A stretch of 64,000 bases of DNA from Schmidtea polychroa. Taxonomy: Eukaryota. This document shows positions 1 to 12,452 of the stretch, piece by piece. The stretch is taken from positions 25,794,001 through 25,858,000 of the forward strand of contig CM097885.1 in the NCBI GenBank assembly GCA_044892525.1. Reading direction: 5' to 3'. Within the stretch, counting starts at the first letter, position 1. Each line of letters opens with the position of its first letter. Below the pieces are notes generated by a model. The model made no database searches. It was not told the origin of the DNA and was given only the letters and a program-made list of their open reading frames with translations. The position numbers and the translations under genes are program-made.

Positions 1-297
1 GATATTTTGTTATATGATTGATTGAGGAATGAAAATTTGCGTGTGAGGGTTTGGGAAAACAATTTTGATAAGGGACCTGAGGAAATCGGACACAAACCTT
101 CTAACGGTAGTCCGTGGACCCATAAAGTACTCGACAATTATAGTGCCTCGGGCGCTCACTTTTTGCGGGTACTCAACCCCTTGGTACAGTACCAACGTTG
201 ATTACTCAACGGGTGCCAAGCGGAAAACAACCTTGTATTTTGGGTTACGCTGGTAACAGCACTAAATGAAAAACACTCGACCACCAGTAACCCACCA
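1..297 (+). mobile_element. 3' end of a copy of the giant-LTR-like family (related to 22038-26444), cut by the window edge
   Basis: Closely matches the reverse complement of ~22038-22300 (e.g. TTTGGGAAAACAATTTTGATAAGGGACCTGAG, CAGTACCAACGTTGATTACTCAACGGGT, TTTTGGGTTACGCTGGTAACAGCACT). Homology stops exactly at the terminal AACCCACCA (297). Confidence 0.85.
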
Positions 298-1267
298 TTT
301 CGTTGAAATAATATTAATTTAACGTCACATAGTTTCAATAAAAATCTATGAATCGTTTATAACAATTAGGTAGACCCTAATTATTGTTTAATACTTTTTG
401 AATTTTCTTCGGCTGTTCTGGCAAAACATATTGAATTACCTTCCTTTTGTGGGTGTATCCCCATAAATAATTTCGCATTAGTGCGATTTTCTGAAGCAAA
501 TTAAATTATTATTTTATTGATTGTTCAGGCTTTTGCCTAATCAAATTTGGGTTCATATGACTTTCCACGCTTATCACCTTGGGAATTCTTATCAATTTAA
601 AATTATCAAATATGTATTCCTTACCTCATTTACTACCCTTCATACCTTTCCCCCGAGAAATATTGATTTTTCAGTTTTTCACAATTTTAATTAATTATTA
701 TAAGAATTTTTTTTCCAATTTCACCACTGATTTCTTTTTAATAAAATTAATTAATTAATTTTTTTAATTTTAAGTTTTAATAGTTGCCGACACAATTTTC
801 TTACTGTGAGGTGTTTTCAGCTGAGAGTTAAATATTTCAAAAAATTATTGAGATAATTTTAAATGATAAATAATTGACTATTTAAAAATAACTTTGAAAA
901 TAATTTTTAAACTGAAATTTTTAAATTAAACAAGCTTTTTAACCGAATCATTTTTAAATAAATATATTTAAAATATCGAAATTTTAATAAATGGTTTTTT
1001 TGGAATATTTTATTCAACGTTGAACATTTGTTTGGAAATTATACAATATTTCATTAAAAAAAAACTTGGAATTATGTCGTTAACTTTTGAACCTGATTTA
1101 AAAAATAATTCAGAAGATGTGTTAGCAGCTTCTAATACTTACAATTAACCTTTTAGTCCTCATCACTCTTTACAACTCAAACATTTTATGCCAAATAATA
1201 ACAAAAAAAATTGTCGACGATACATTTGTTCTTTAATTATATAAATTTTTTATAGTTACAATATTTA

Positions 1268-1438
1268 ATGGCGAGCTCAGAAGGAGAAGAGGGGCACTCA
1301 ACTAAGATAAAGGAAAATGAAAAGGACGCTCCAAAGAAAAGTGCAGTGGAAGATAGACGTCAATTTTACGAATTTAATGGCCGAGATTTTCTTTCTAAAA
1401 ATCCGACAACTTCAAAAACCGAATTCAAGTTGCGCCGA
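1268..1438 (+). other. possible first exon of an unidentified gene or gene fragment
   Basis: ATG-initiated charged ORF (MASSEGEEGHSTKIKENEKD...KLRR) with raised GC, ending at a GT at 1439; no recognisable family; a hAT relic lies just downstream. Confidence 0.25.
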
Positions 1439-1769
1439 GTTAAATATATATTCTTAATTTCAATGAAATTTTCAAGTTTTAAATAAATTATTAAGTTTAC
1501 ACTATTAAAACAAATGAAGTATTATTAATCTATACAACTCCAGTAGCACTCATACTGTTGGAAGCAATTTGTGCTGGTAATCCATGTATTATGGTCACAG
1601 AAAATGTGTATATAATTTTTAGGATATTTTCACAATCATCAGCAAGTATGTTTGGCAGCCCAGTATACTTTAAATTTTAAACTAAAAGCCATTTATAACA
1701 TTTTTCTAGTATATTCAAATTCAAGTAATTAAGAAAACTATTTTAAAACTGTGTATTTATATGGGCAGC

Positions 1770-2480
1770 TACAAGAGCTTCGATATTAATATCAATTTTG
1801 GATAAAGAAGTTCTCAAAATGTTTTGTAGGCCATTGAATTTCTATATATAGATTTGATATATTTCATGTCAGAAAAAGCTCATTCACAAATATATGTACT
1901 ACCAAACATAGAAAAAAATTTTAAGCCCAAATCGCGCTTTTTTGGATATTTTTCTATTTAAACAATTTCGAAACATTTTGAATAAATTTACCCCAGTATC
2001 CTGCCTTTATTTAAAAAAATTCATCTGCTTGCAATTCATTCACATAGTTCAATTTGATATTTAATATCGGTTTCTTCAACTTCGACAGTGAACGGATTAT
2101 TAAATAATTTTAAATCGGGTTTAATATCGTCAAAAACAGCAAATTGAGCATCAAAATCTTCAATCAATTTGCCCAGCACCGGTACAAAATTTTTCAAGTT
2201 TAATTGATGACCGATTTCCTGTGTTTTGTGATCAAGTTTATTGCAACACTCGAAGTGCACCAAGTTGTTATTGATCGAATGCGACCGAAACTAATTTAGC
2301 TTATTAACTTATGTTTTGGTCTTTGCCTTTCAAGGTTTTATTCAAAATATTCGGTAATATCGGCTAAAAATTCTATTGAAATTAAAAATGTTTTTTCATT
2401 AAAACGAGCAATTAATGACGAATCCAATTCTGTTTTCATAAGATAAGTTTAATTTATTTACGAAGTTGAACAAACCTTTT
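1770..2480 (-). pseudogene. degenerate hAT transposase C-terminal fragment (GTF2IRD2/SPIN-like)
   Basis: Minus strand gives LFNNPFTVEVEE...YQIELCE*LQAD and KIFSMFGSTYICE*AFSDMKYIKS, the hAT dimerisation motif (FGSTYxCExxFS), with stops. Confidence 0.8.
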
Positions 2481-3259
2481 AAGACAAAGATTTAAAAACA
2501 AAGAAAGTTTTTTTTGTAATTTTCCAGCACAGAAATTTTTAAATTGTTAACGGGCAACAGAATATGATTCGATGGGCCACAGTTGTACAGTACTACTTCA
2601 CATTATATATTAGGATTTCTAGGTTTGTCAAAGAATACGATCAAGTTATTGTTATTTTTGTGGAATCGCTTAACCTGCTCTTACTTTTATTCAAGATTAA
2701 CACTCATATATAATATTTTTTAAATGTACACAACGTAGGTGTTACTCAGTTTTCCAACTATTTTCTGTCTATAGGCTTCTTTGTGCCCGAGAGCCTTTTG
2801 TGATCCCTACAATTTACCAAAATTTTAGATTTTCTCATCCCATAGTGTTACTAGAGGCGTAGGCAGAGAGAACTGAGCGCCATATTACTCAATATTGATG
2901 TAAAAGGTCATAATTCATATTTAAGAAAATACATATTATTAATAATCACATTTATTATGAAAAATGTGTTAAACTCTTAATACGTAATATAATAAGATTA
3001 AGTAACCATAGTTTTAAGGATTTATTAATGAAAAGATCGATGATATGATCTGGGGACTCAGACAATCAAGATAATCTATCAAACATGCAGGCATTTATAT
3101 ACATTAATTATAAAGGTTTACATAACATAATACAGGTGAATAAAATTCACACATTCCAATACAATTACATCACAATATTACACGTAAGTGAATTTTATTT
3201 CATAATCTTTAGTCAATTTTCTCGTCCTTTTTTCGTGTATATTATTAAATTAAGTAAAC

Positions 3260-3262
<3 letters not shown>

Positions 3263-3318
<56 letters not shown>
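3263..3318. repeat. (TA)n microsatellite
   Basis: Uninterrupted TA run of 56 bp. Confidence 0.98.
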
Positions 3319-3323
<5 letters not shown>

Positions 3324-4481
3324 CATAATATAGGTATTGAACTTTGATTATTTAAAATTTTTGGGGCCTCTGGCTGAAAAAGCCTTATGTAGATAATTGT
3401 TCAATATGCATAATTGTCAAACATAATCAAATTAAAATAAAATTTATTAAGCGAATGCTTAACACTATTAAATTTCAAGGTTAAACTAATAGATGAAAAC
3501 CGTATATACTTAGTAAGCAAGATTTTCATTAAAAACTATTAATAGTCACACTTCTATAGTAACAAAAACAATTCATATAAACAACTAAGCCTTGCCACTC
3601 AAAACCGATGAAAGAATTGCTTCTAATAAATTGAAATTTTGTAACTTTCTAACGAGTAAAAATTTGCTTTGGTCACTTTGTGAGGTGTTCTAAAATATAA
3701 ATTAAGTTATTTTTGTATGTTGCCTGTATGTTGAAATCCTTACTTATGCATTAATTATTTTTATAGAAATTCCTCAAACATATTATGATTTGTTTAAATA
3801 TTATTGTTATTAAATAATGAAAATGTTGTATTCGAAATCTTGATTTTAAATGGATTCAATTGATACTAGAAGTTCTGTGATATAGAAGTTCCTTCGACGC
3901 CAAAATATATATTTTTACTAATTTCCTAAACCTATCTGTTAACTTTATACTAATTAGATAATGTTAAAAAAGAGGCGAATTTAATTAAAAATTAATTATT
4001 ATCAAATTATTTTTCATTATTAATTACATAATAAAATCATTTTTTCTCACATTTGACCTGTTTTAATTTTTTTTACATTCTTTTTATTTGATCAAAATTC
4101 ACTTGAAAAGGGCGGTTCCGAAAATTCGTGAATATCAAAAACATCGATATATTTACTGATTCATAGTCAAGCTTTTTAATAAATACAATGGAAAAGAAAT
4201 CAGTGGTGAAATTTGAAAAAAGTTCTTGCAATATATTTTTATTATCATTACAACTAAAAATTTTGTTTTGTAACACTTCAGAGAAAATAAATTGATCCAT
4301 AGTTGTTATGAAAAAAAATTAAGTAAAAATATTTTTTAAAAAATTAATAATTCATTACTAATTTATCATTATTAACCATTATTATTTAATTTATTATTTA
4401 TTTTACACATAAAAATTTTCATTGATAACTTTTCAAAATGAAATTCAAAAAATATTTAAATTACAATTAAATTTGTGATTT

Positions 4482-5249
4482 TCAAAAACATTCATCAAAA
4501 TTCACTACCCCCTTCTTGTGGGGGCTGTTGCTCTGAAATGATGCCAGTGAACTCACGTTATTGCTGCTTAATGACATTTGGTTGTACGTTTCTGATGACT
4601 GTTTACGTTGTATTCTCATTTCAATTTTCGACAGAGGTCGCTCAGTTAATGGTCGTTTGATTGGTGTCGGAATTTTTGATGACAAAGCCGAGCTGGATCG
4701 GAATTTCTTGGATGAATCAAAATTGAAAGAGTTTTCGTTGATTTTACTGATCTCGTTATCATACTCACAGTCGCAATCGTCATCACATTCAATGGAACCG
4801 TTGATCCTTTTTTGATGAGTTTGATATTGGGTGTTCTCGAAGGTTTTCAGTTGTTCTGTCATTATGCGCTTCAGTTTTTTGAGATCGATCTCTGTTGGTT
4901 CAAAATATATTGGAAAGATTCGGTTAAAATTTGCAACGCTCCTTTGAAAGTTTTTAAAATTTGAATGTAATTTTATTTGATCGAAGGTGTCACTTGGTAG
5001 TCCGATATGAGTGAGAGTTATTGTATATTTGTTACTGTATATTTGTTGGTAATTGTTTTCCTTGTTTTTCTTGGATTTCGACACTTCATGAACAAATGGC
5101 ACACTTTCCGATCTTCCAAACTTCGTATTCTTAACTAGACCTGAGAAAGATTTAATGAACCGTGTGCATAAATTGAAATGAAATAACGAACCTTTTAAAA
5201 TGTTTTGAGATTTTCTCGTTTCAGAGCTCATCTTACCTGCGTTAATCAA
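4482..5249 (-). CDS. hypothetical protein, probably 3' exon(s) of a spliced gene or pseudogene
   Basis: 255-codon stop-free frame in very AT-rich DNA, Ser-rich C-terminus, no ATG at its start; a probable in-frame 45-bp intron (GTAAGATG...TTAAAAG) near its 5' end; no family recognised. Confidence 0.5.
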   Translation of the reverse strand: MINAGKMSSETRKSQNILKGSLFHFNLCTRFIKSFSGLVKNTKFGRSESVPFVHEVSKSKKNKENNYQQIYSNKYTITLTHIGLPSDTFDQIKLHSNFKNFQRSVANFNRIFPIYFEPTEIDLKKLKRIMTEQLKTFENTQYQTHQKRINGSIECDDDCDCEYDNEISKINENSFNFDSSKKFRSSSALSSKIPTPIKRPLTERPLSKIEMRIQRKQSSETYNQMSLSSNNVSSLASFQSNSPHKKGVVNFDECF

Positions 5250-6009
5250 TATCTTATCAATATTAGTGTGCTGTTTCTAAAGCACACTTTGTAAAATATG
5301 TTTTAATTAAAGTAATTGCTGTTTACCAAGATGACTGGCCTAATAATCTATGTGAATCACATTTTTACATATGCTTCAATTAATACTCATTGCATAGAAA
5401 TGGTTTCAAAACTGACATAATTAAAATTACAAAAGGGTTTTGTTTAAATGGCATGGCACAGTGAAATAGTTAATGATTGCAACTGCAAAGTGTCTAGTTT
5501 ATTTAAAACACTTGAGAAACATTTTTTTCAATTGTACATAATTTCATCCATCATTGAATCTCACTTGGATTTCTAATAAATTATATCCTATATATATATG
5601 TACCCCATGCTATCTCTTCTCAAATTTTTTGATTTTGTTTTTATTTTTGCAATTCCTTTCCTTTATCAACAAAGTTATAAATGAAATTTGGATTTTTCTA
5701 ATAAACTTTGTCTAATGTAATATTTTCAAGCTGTCGGCACTTCTAACAGCATTAATACAGTCAGGTCAGGCTATCCAGTGTGAATATTTGCATTTAAAAT
5801 ATCATGAGTATATTTGTAATTGATAACGAACGTTTTAAGAACATTTCCTTTCTTTAAGGGATATTTAGGGGATTTTGAACCCCATCGAGTAAAATCATAA
5901 ATAAAAAACATTTGGTTGTTTAGAGCTGACTGAATTCTTAATGTGTCGGAAATTATTATATGGAATTTCACAATTTCTTGGATTTTGGAAATTTATGATG
6001 GTCAATAAA

Positions 6010-6790
6010 GGGCCGTCCATAAATGACGTCACGCACTTAGGGGGAGGGGGTCAGACATTTGTGACGATGTGTGACGAAGGGGACGGGGTTTGAGAAATGT
6101 GACGTCACATTAAAAAAAAAGATTATGATTATTATTTAAACATGTCAAATTAAACAAATTATTTATTCAAATATTCAAGATTGGTACTTAAATTGTAGTA
6201 AAACGTTTTCCCCATTTAACACGGATATAAAATAACTTACATGACGTGAAGAGAGGACAAACCATTTTTTGCATGTGAAATAATAATTAGTTACCGTCTA
6301 TTATTATGTAGGTAGCCCTTTACTCATTTGGCAAGCGTGCAAATTAATTGCCAATGCGTCTTCCATAAAGAAGTCAATATTTTTGCATTAAAAATTGTAT
6401 AATAAAAATTAATATTTATACAATATAACAATTTATAGATTTCAAATTATTTTTTTAGATCAAATTATTAGTCACGATGGACAAAAATAAAATGTTCCAG
6501 TGTCTTTTTGACGCGTACGTATTGGCATATCCTACAAAGAGCAAACAGATTTGCCAAGAAGAACTGGTTAAAAAGTGGAATAAAATAAAAAATTATACAG
6601 ATTTACAAGTTAAAGTTGATTACTGGCTGCAAGAATTAAAGGCGATTTGGTCGAGAGAAAAATTGCACCACTTAGTAAGGAACTTACTGGACTGATATTG
6701 CCACATGACCACTACGGTAGTCATTTGAACGAAAGCGACAATACCATCGACTCTGAATTAGAAAAGACAAATTTTAAGTTTGTAGGAGAA
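6010..6790 (+). mobile_element. internally deleted DNA transposon (left end plus transposase fragments), superfamily unresolved
   Basis: Starts with a GC-rich terminal motif GGGCCGTCCATAAATGACGTCACG plus GTGACG repeats. N-terminal ORF 6477-6645 is fused by deletion to VERKIAPLSKELTGLILPHDHYGSHL, which I recognise from invertebrate transposase-like proteins. Confidence 0.6.
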
Positions 6791-7898
6791 AGTTTTTATT
6801 ATTATTTTGGTTATTATTATTTTTATTATTATTATTTTTATTATTAATAATTATTTTAAGTTATTTTATTTATTAAAAAGAGTTTGGATACTATAAATCA
6901 GTAATATATCGATATTTTTAGATATTCACGAATTTTCGGCACTACCCTTTTCAAGTGCAGGAGCAATATAATGTACTCCATCAGATATAGATAAAGCCAA
7001 GATTCAATACTGGATTCCTAATCTTCCGCTAGTGGAACTGGCCAATGTGATTCCAACACCGAATCAACCTGGACTAAAATCCCTTCATCGAATGTCCATC
7101 TTTCACGATTTCTCCTTCAATGATCATCTCCACAACATTTTATATTTTGTCTTCTACTCCGCAGTTATCGACCTATGTGCAGCGACCACGTCTTCACGTA
7201 CCAACTTGGCCGTCTCAATTAAATACGGATGTTAGTTTCAATAGTCATGTGATCGTCAGACAACGAATCACTTCTGATTTCGCCTTAGACATATATATTT
7301 TTAGCCTATCTGATTCTCATCATTTATCCATGCCATTTCCCCAGCAATATTCCATAGTAGCCCGACACATTTCCATTGATAAATTTATTTCAATCAAAAT
7401 TAAAGATTGTCCTTGCTCTTTCAAATTTTGAGTTAATTTATAAAATTAAAAATTTCAAACATAAGAAAAAATAAGAAACAAAAAAAGGCTTTATTCGGAA
7501 TATATTTTTAACAAAGTGTTTATACTTAATTTCAAACATTAAAATTTATGTAATTTATACTAAAACCCAAAAAATTAACATTTTATGCTCTATTTAAATC
7601 ATTTTAATTTGATCATTGTTGTATATTTATGATAATTTGGAAATTATGAATAATTTTTAAAAGATATTTATTACCTTTTTACATATTTTAATTGCATATA
7701 TTATGTCAGCTAATTTAATGTCTATTTAAATCATATTTAAAGTTTGATATTAAATGGAATTAGAAATAAGAAATTTTTATTTAATAAAACCTGAAACATT
7801 TAAAAAAATAAAATCTCTATTTTAATAGCCGATAATTTTGTTTAAATATTTCCTATAAAATTTTAGCGTGACTTCATTAATTAATTAATAATATTAAA

Positions 7899-8924
7899 AT
7901 GGGATTTGGAGGTATATTTTTTATAACTTTTGATTTTTTCTTTTAATGTGAAATAATCAAGATTCAAGAGGTGGTGGTCGTGGTGGTCGAGGAGGCGGTG
8001 ATAGAGGAGGATTCAGAGGTGGAAGCCGTGGAGGTGGGTCATTCCGAGGTGGTCGTGGTGGCCGAGGAGGTGCAAGAGGCGGTAAACAAATCGTTGAACA
8101 TCGTCACCCAGGAGTTTTCTATGTTCAAGGAAAAGATGAAACTTTGCTCACTAAAAATTTGGTACCAGGAGTTTCAGTATATGGTGAGAAACGCATAGCC
8201 ATAGGAGTATTGATAAATTTTTTTATCTATTTTATTTTAAATAATGAATTTAGACAGGTGATGATAAAGTTGAATACAGATCATGGAATCCTTACAGATC
8301 TAAGTTAGCTGCATCAATTCTCAACGGTATTGATGATATCCATATACCAATTGGGGCTAAAGTTCTATATCTGGGAGCATCAACTGGAACCAGTGTGTCT
8401 CACGTCAGTGACATTGTCGGACCAACCGGAGTTGTGTACGCGGTCGAATTTGCGGAAAGAGTTGGTAGAGAAATGTTGAATGTTGCTAAGAAACGAACAA
8501 ATATCGTTCCTATTGTTGAAGATGCCAGACATCCGTATAAATACAGAATGATGATCAGTAATGCTAATTAACAACTGTAAACCAGATCAATAACAGCATT
8601 TAGATCAAGTCGACACAATTTTCGCCGATGTTGCTCAACCAGATCAGTCAAGAATTGTAGCTGTCAATGCTGATTTCTTCTTGAAACCAGGAGGATACGC
8701 AGTCATCTCATTAAAGGCCTCATGTATCGATTCAACAGCAGAACCGGAAAATGCATTTTTAAGTGAAAAGGATGTCATTTCCAAATTAAAGTTCAAACCG
8801 AAATCCTGGCTGTCAATGGAACCATATGAAAGGGATCATAAGGTTTTGGTTGCTCAGTATTTGTAAGATTATTTTTTTTGGGATTTTTTAATTAATTTTT
8901 CCCATTAGACCGTACGAATCTTGA
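7899..8924 (+). CDS. FBL: fibrillarin (box C/D snoRNP rRNA 2'-O-methyltransferase), 5 exons: 7899-7911, 7962-8206, 8254-8557, 8604-8862, 8909-8924
   Basis: N-terminal GAR (RGG) domain, then [85 protein letters not shown]. Four GT-AG introns (50, 47, 46, 46 bp) give a continuous frame. Confidence 0.97.
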
Positions 8925-9337
8925 TGAGGAGGAATTTGTAATTAGTAATAAAGATCATTAACAGACTTAATTTTTTATGAATTATTAATTAGGTCAAATT
9001 GTTGCTAGGTTGCTGTGCATTTTATTGGTTGTTTTTGATAATGGTTTTTATGGTAATTAATACGATATTTCATGTGTATGACAAATGTTTATTTATTTAT
9101 CTTTTGTATTGGGCGTTAAAAAATAAGAAAAATGTCCTTTCTATGATGTTTAGTAATTTGTTCCATGTTGCTCATAATCATTTCTTGATAAACGAAATCG
9201 ACAAATTTAGAGTTGCAAGCCTTGATTTGATTATGTGTTACAATTATGTTACATTACAAACAATTGGGGGTGGTTTTAAAGTGGTTGACGAATAAAAAGT
9301 AATTTGTGTGAAACGAGAGGTGTTTGCGTCTAGTAAT

Positions 9338-10050
9338 TGGTGAGGATATCAATAATAATTACAGATAACCACAATTATTCCCCGTTATGGGGTTTACTGC
9401 GTAACCCAGAAAGTGTTATTTGAGCACATGAGCCGTTAAGTGTACTTTAATCGTCAAATATTCAATCGCATTCCTCCACTACCATTGTCTGACTTCAGTC
9501 CCATCAAATTTTCCCTGTTGGATAACGCTCCAAAGCGCTCATCATAATTCTCGACATAAATTCAATACCCGTCTACTTGTTGTATTGTAGAAATAATATA
9601 CATCATTTGAACAGAAATATAACAGTAAATTCCATGCGATATTGCAACACCGATGTCAATTAGTTTTTCAAGGTCGAATCCGGCAATCACAGAGACTCCT
9701 GAACACGGCCACGAGCTTCATATTCTTGTGCCCACTATTGATTTGACAGATGGAGTAGCCCCCCGTCGGTACTTGGTAAAGTCCAGTTCAATTCATTTCC
9801 ATTTTTAGTATAGCGGACGTCAACTCTCCATCGTCCAAACCGATAAAAGTGGTGCTTGACATTCCTGGTGCATTCACATCCAACCCCTTGTCCCAGGGAG
9901 TAGATGGAAACTTCACCCAAATCCGGCATTTGAATGTCAAATTTGCGTGGCAATTTTCCGTCAGCTGAAATTAAAACTATATAAGATAAAAAGTAACCAT
10001 GTTCAATCATATCTATCACTAATTTCCCCGTCCTCTTCTAATCTCCATAA
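9338..10050 (-). mobile_element. diverged relic related to the giant-LTR-like family, with degenerate ORF (9735-10019)
   Basis: ACTGCGTAACCCAGAA (9396-9411) resembles CCAGCGTAACCCAAAA near the family 3' end; candidate terminus TGGTGAG at 9338; ORF shares motifs with 31921-32130. Confidence 0.45.
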
Positions 10051-10559
10051 TTTGGCCTAGTTTGTCGGTCAGATTATCGAATTATTATTTTTAATGAACT
10101 AGTCTATTGTAGCTAAACATTTGATTTCTTTTTCCAGTTTAAATAATCCTATAAATAATATTATAGGGCACGCATTAGGTCCTCGAGAGCCAAATACAGG
10201 TTTTTCCTGCATTACAAAGAGTCAGATCTCAGCTCATCAAAGAGCCGCGCTTGCCCACTCCTGTTATAGATGTTATTATTCCATGAAAGCAGGTGCATCA
10301 AATAAGTAATATTGCTCAATCAGTAATTAACGCTAGTTTTCTAGCTACATTTTGGCCTTTCGCATAAAAATATGTAACTTGGAAAATCCTTAGATCAATT
10401 AAGTGAAAAATTTTATTAATTAAAATAAAATTTTTATTAGAAATTTATTTTCCATGACGTATCAAACTTTAAATTGGGATATGTATTCAAATCTTAGTTT
10501 TTATTGTTATTTGATCCAAAATTTCATTGAATTTTAATTAATAATATAAATTGATTATA

Positions 10560-10976
10560 ATGTCTATTCCACGGCCATTCTTACAACAAACTCATATCCC
10601 AAATATTTATAAAATAAAGTCTAGCCGTGTATTCCCTAATCAAGTTACCTATTTCAAAGCGCATAATTTAAATTCATATCGTTGGAATGATGATAGGATT
10701 GCATTCGAAAACGCAAAGCTCCTAGTGAAAGAGGAGTGGATTAAGGATACGCAAGCTTTTCAAAGATTTCAAGCGCAGAATATGCGCATTCTATATGCCG
10801 ACGCTGCTGCAAGAGATAAAGCCGCTAATTCAACCGTGAGTGATTTCAATATAGGTCATTATGCTTTTATGTTAAGAAGAAAATCTCTTATGAGGCATTT
10901 GGTATACTATGAAGGTAGAAATCTTCAGAGGGAATTAGCGGAAAAAAATATGTCGATTTATCAAGAAAGAATTTGA
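10560..10976 (+). CDS. small intronless protein (138 aa); C-terminus resembles ciliary CFAP141/C1orf189-like proteins
   Basis: Clean ATG-to-TGA ORF in AT-rich flanks; ends FMLRRKSLMRHLVYYEGRNLQRELAEKNMSIYQERI, similar by eye to the ...EL.....(F/I)Y.ER end of that family. Assignment tentative. Confidence 0.55.
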   Translation: MSIPRPFLQQTHIPNIYKIKSSRVFPNQVTYFKAHNLNSYRWNDDRIAFENAKLLVKEEWIKDTQAFQRFQAQNMRILYADAAARDKAANSTVSDFNIGHYAFMLRRKSLMRHLVYYEGRNLQRELAEKNMSIYQERI

Positions 10977-11750
10977 AATAATTTTGATTTAATGAATGAT
11001 TTTTCAGATAAAATTTTTATGATAATAAACGAAAATTGATTGGATTCTGTTATTTATTGTATTCCAGGACCCCATGAACTTCCTAACTATAAATCTTTAG
11101 GTAATCTCTAAAATCCCTGTTGTAATACTTTTGGGCTTGAGGAGGACAAGTGCTTATGTTAATATGGCCTAAGTTGTCTTTATTAAAAGTACACACAATA
11201 TGCGTCCAATTCTATCCAATTTAGTAATCATGTTTGCAAGATGATACTGCAGTTATTAATGGCGAGGTGACCCTGTGAAATAATTCCCTCCAGGTTCGTT
11301 AACGCTGATAAGAGGTTTTCATTTATACTGGCGTGATAAGAACAACTCTATCCACCAAAAAAAGATTTTTATTGGTTTCTAATACAAGGAAAATCAGCAA
11401 GTCTTTGTCCTATATTTAAAAATAACTGCACAAAGAAGGCAAATTTTCAATTCAAGATGTTCCTATTAAGTATTGTCACCATCTATAATTATAATGAATT
11501 TTATGCAATAGTGACCATTTTAGAAAACTTTAAAATATGGGTTCAGTCTTTTTAATTCGATTTTCTCCATATTTAGATTTTATTGCACTACCTTAAATTT
11601 CAGTACATTTTATTCTGTTTAATTAGACTTTTTAAATGAGTGTTATTTCTCCATTAGGATTTTTTTTTAAATAAAAAGATCAATATTCATTTTGATTAAG
11701 TATCATATTTAAATCAAAATTAACTTTTTAAAGTAAAATAAAGTTCAAAA

Positions 11751-11988
11751 GATGGAAACTTTATGCGGAAAATTTAAAAGTTTAATTTTAAAAGAAAAAC
11801 TAAAGGCGATTAAGGATGCCTAGAAAGGAGAAAAAATCAAGGATGTGGCTGCAAAGTTTGGGATTAAACCAAACAATTTACAAAAATAAAGAAAATCTAA
11901 AGAAGCAATCAGTTGAAACACCTAATGCAATGAAATGCGGAAGAATGAGGCAAGGTAAAAACCAAGATTTTGAAACAGCGTGCTATTA
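11751..11988 (+). pseudogene. Tigger/pogo (CENP-B-like HTH) transposase N-terminal fragment
   Basis: KSLILKEKLKAIKDA*KGEKIKDVAAKFGIKP, then after a frameshift TIYKNKENLKK...RMRQGKNQDFETACY, a psq/CENP-B N-terminal HTH pattern. Confidence 0.75.
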
Positions 11989-11989
11989 C

Positions 11990-12257
11990 GGTACATTTAT
12001 TTGTGTTTCCAGTTCGATTGTGTTGAATTCCATCGGGTCAACAACGATCCCAGGAGTTGTTTCAGTGTGCATAATGTAAAGGGACCTAACTGAAGTCGGA
12101 CACAAGCCTTCTATTGACAGCGAACCCATTAGAATATTCGAAGATTATAGTGTATAGAGGTTCACTAACTTCTTACGAATATTCACCCATACGATACATT
12201 ACCAACGCTGATCCCTCGGCACGAACGAGTAAAATGTGATTTATCTGCAACCCACCA
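11990..12257 (+). mobile_element. diverged 3' end of the giant-LTR-like family
   Basis: AAGGGACCT...GTCGGACACAAGCCTTCTA...ATTATAGTG...TACCAACG aligns with 70-200; ends in AACCCACCA at 12257. Confidence 0.75.
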
Positions 12258-12452
12258 AAATTATAGTCGAGTTGTACAAAGTTCTTTGTTGAAATAATAA
12301 TTTCATATTGGTAGATTTCAGTAATTTTACATAAGGAGACAAGGAAACTCTTTATAAACTCAACAAATTGATCCCAATTTACTCAAAATTGGTGGAGAGT
12401 TAATAAAATCATTTGGTTACAGTTGTTGGGTTTTATACCTAGTTTTGGTTGT

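Larger units (their letters stand above)
4100..6957. mobile_element. candidate TIR element bounded by ~90-bp inverted repeats beginning CACTTGAAAAGGG
   Basis: 4100-4185 (CACTTGAAAAGGGCGGTTCCGAAAATTCGTGAATATC...) is the reverse complement of 6866-6957 (...GATATTCACGAATTTTCGGCACTACCCTTTTCAAGTG). A third copy starts at the same CACTTGAAAA at 30328. No TSD seen. Confidence 0.5.

Noticed and set aside
3085..3333. ORFs with (IY)n tracts (also 27616-27807)
   Set aside because: Read-through of (TA)n microsatellites.
7971..8198. Val/Glu-rich 75-aa ORF
   Set aside because: Wrong frame of the fibrillarin RGG exon.
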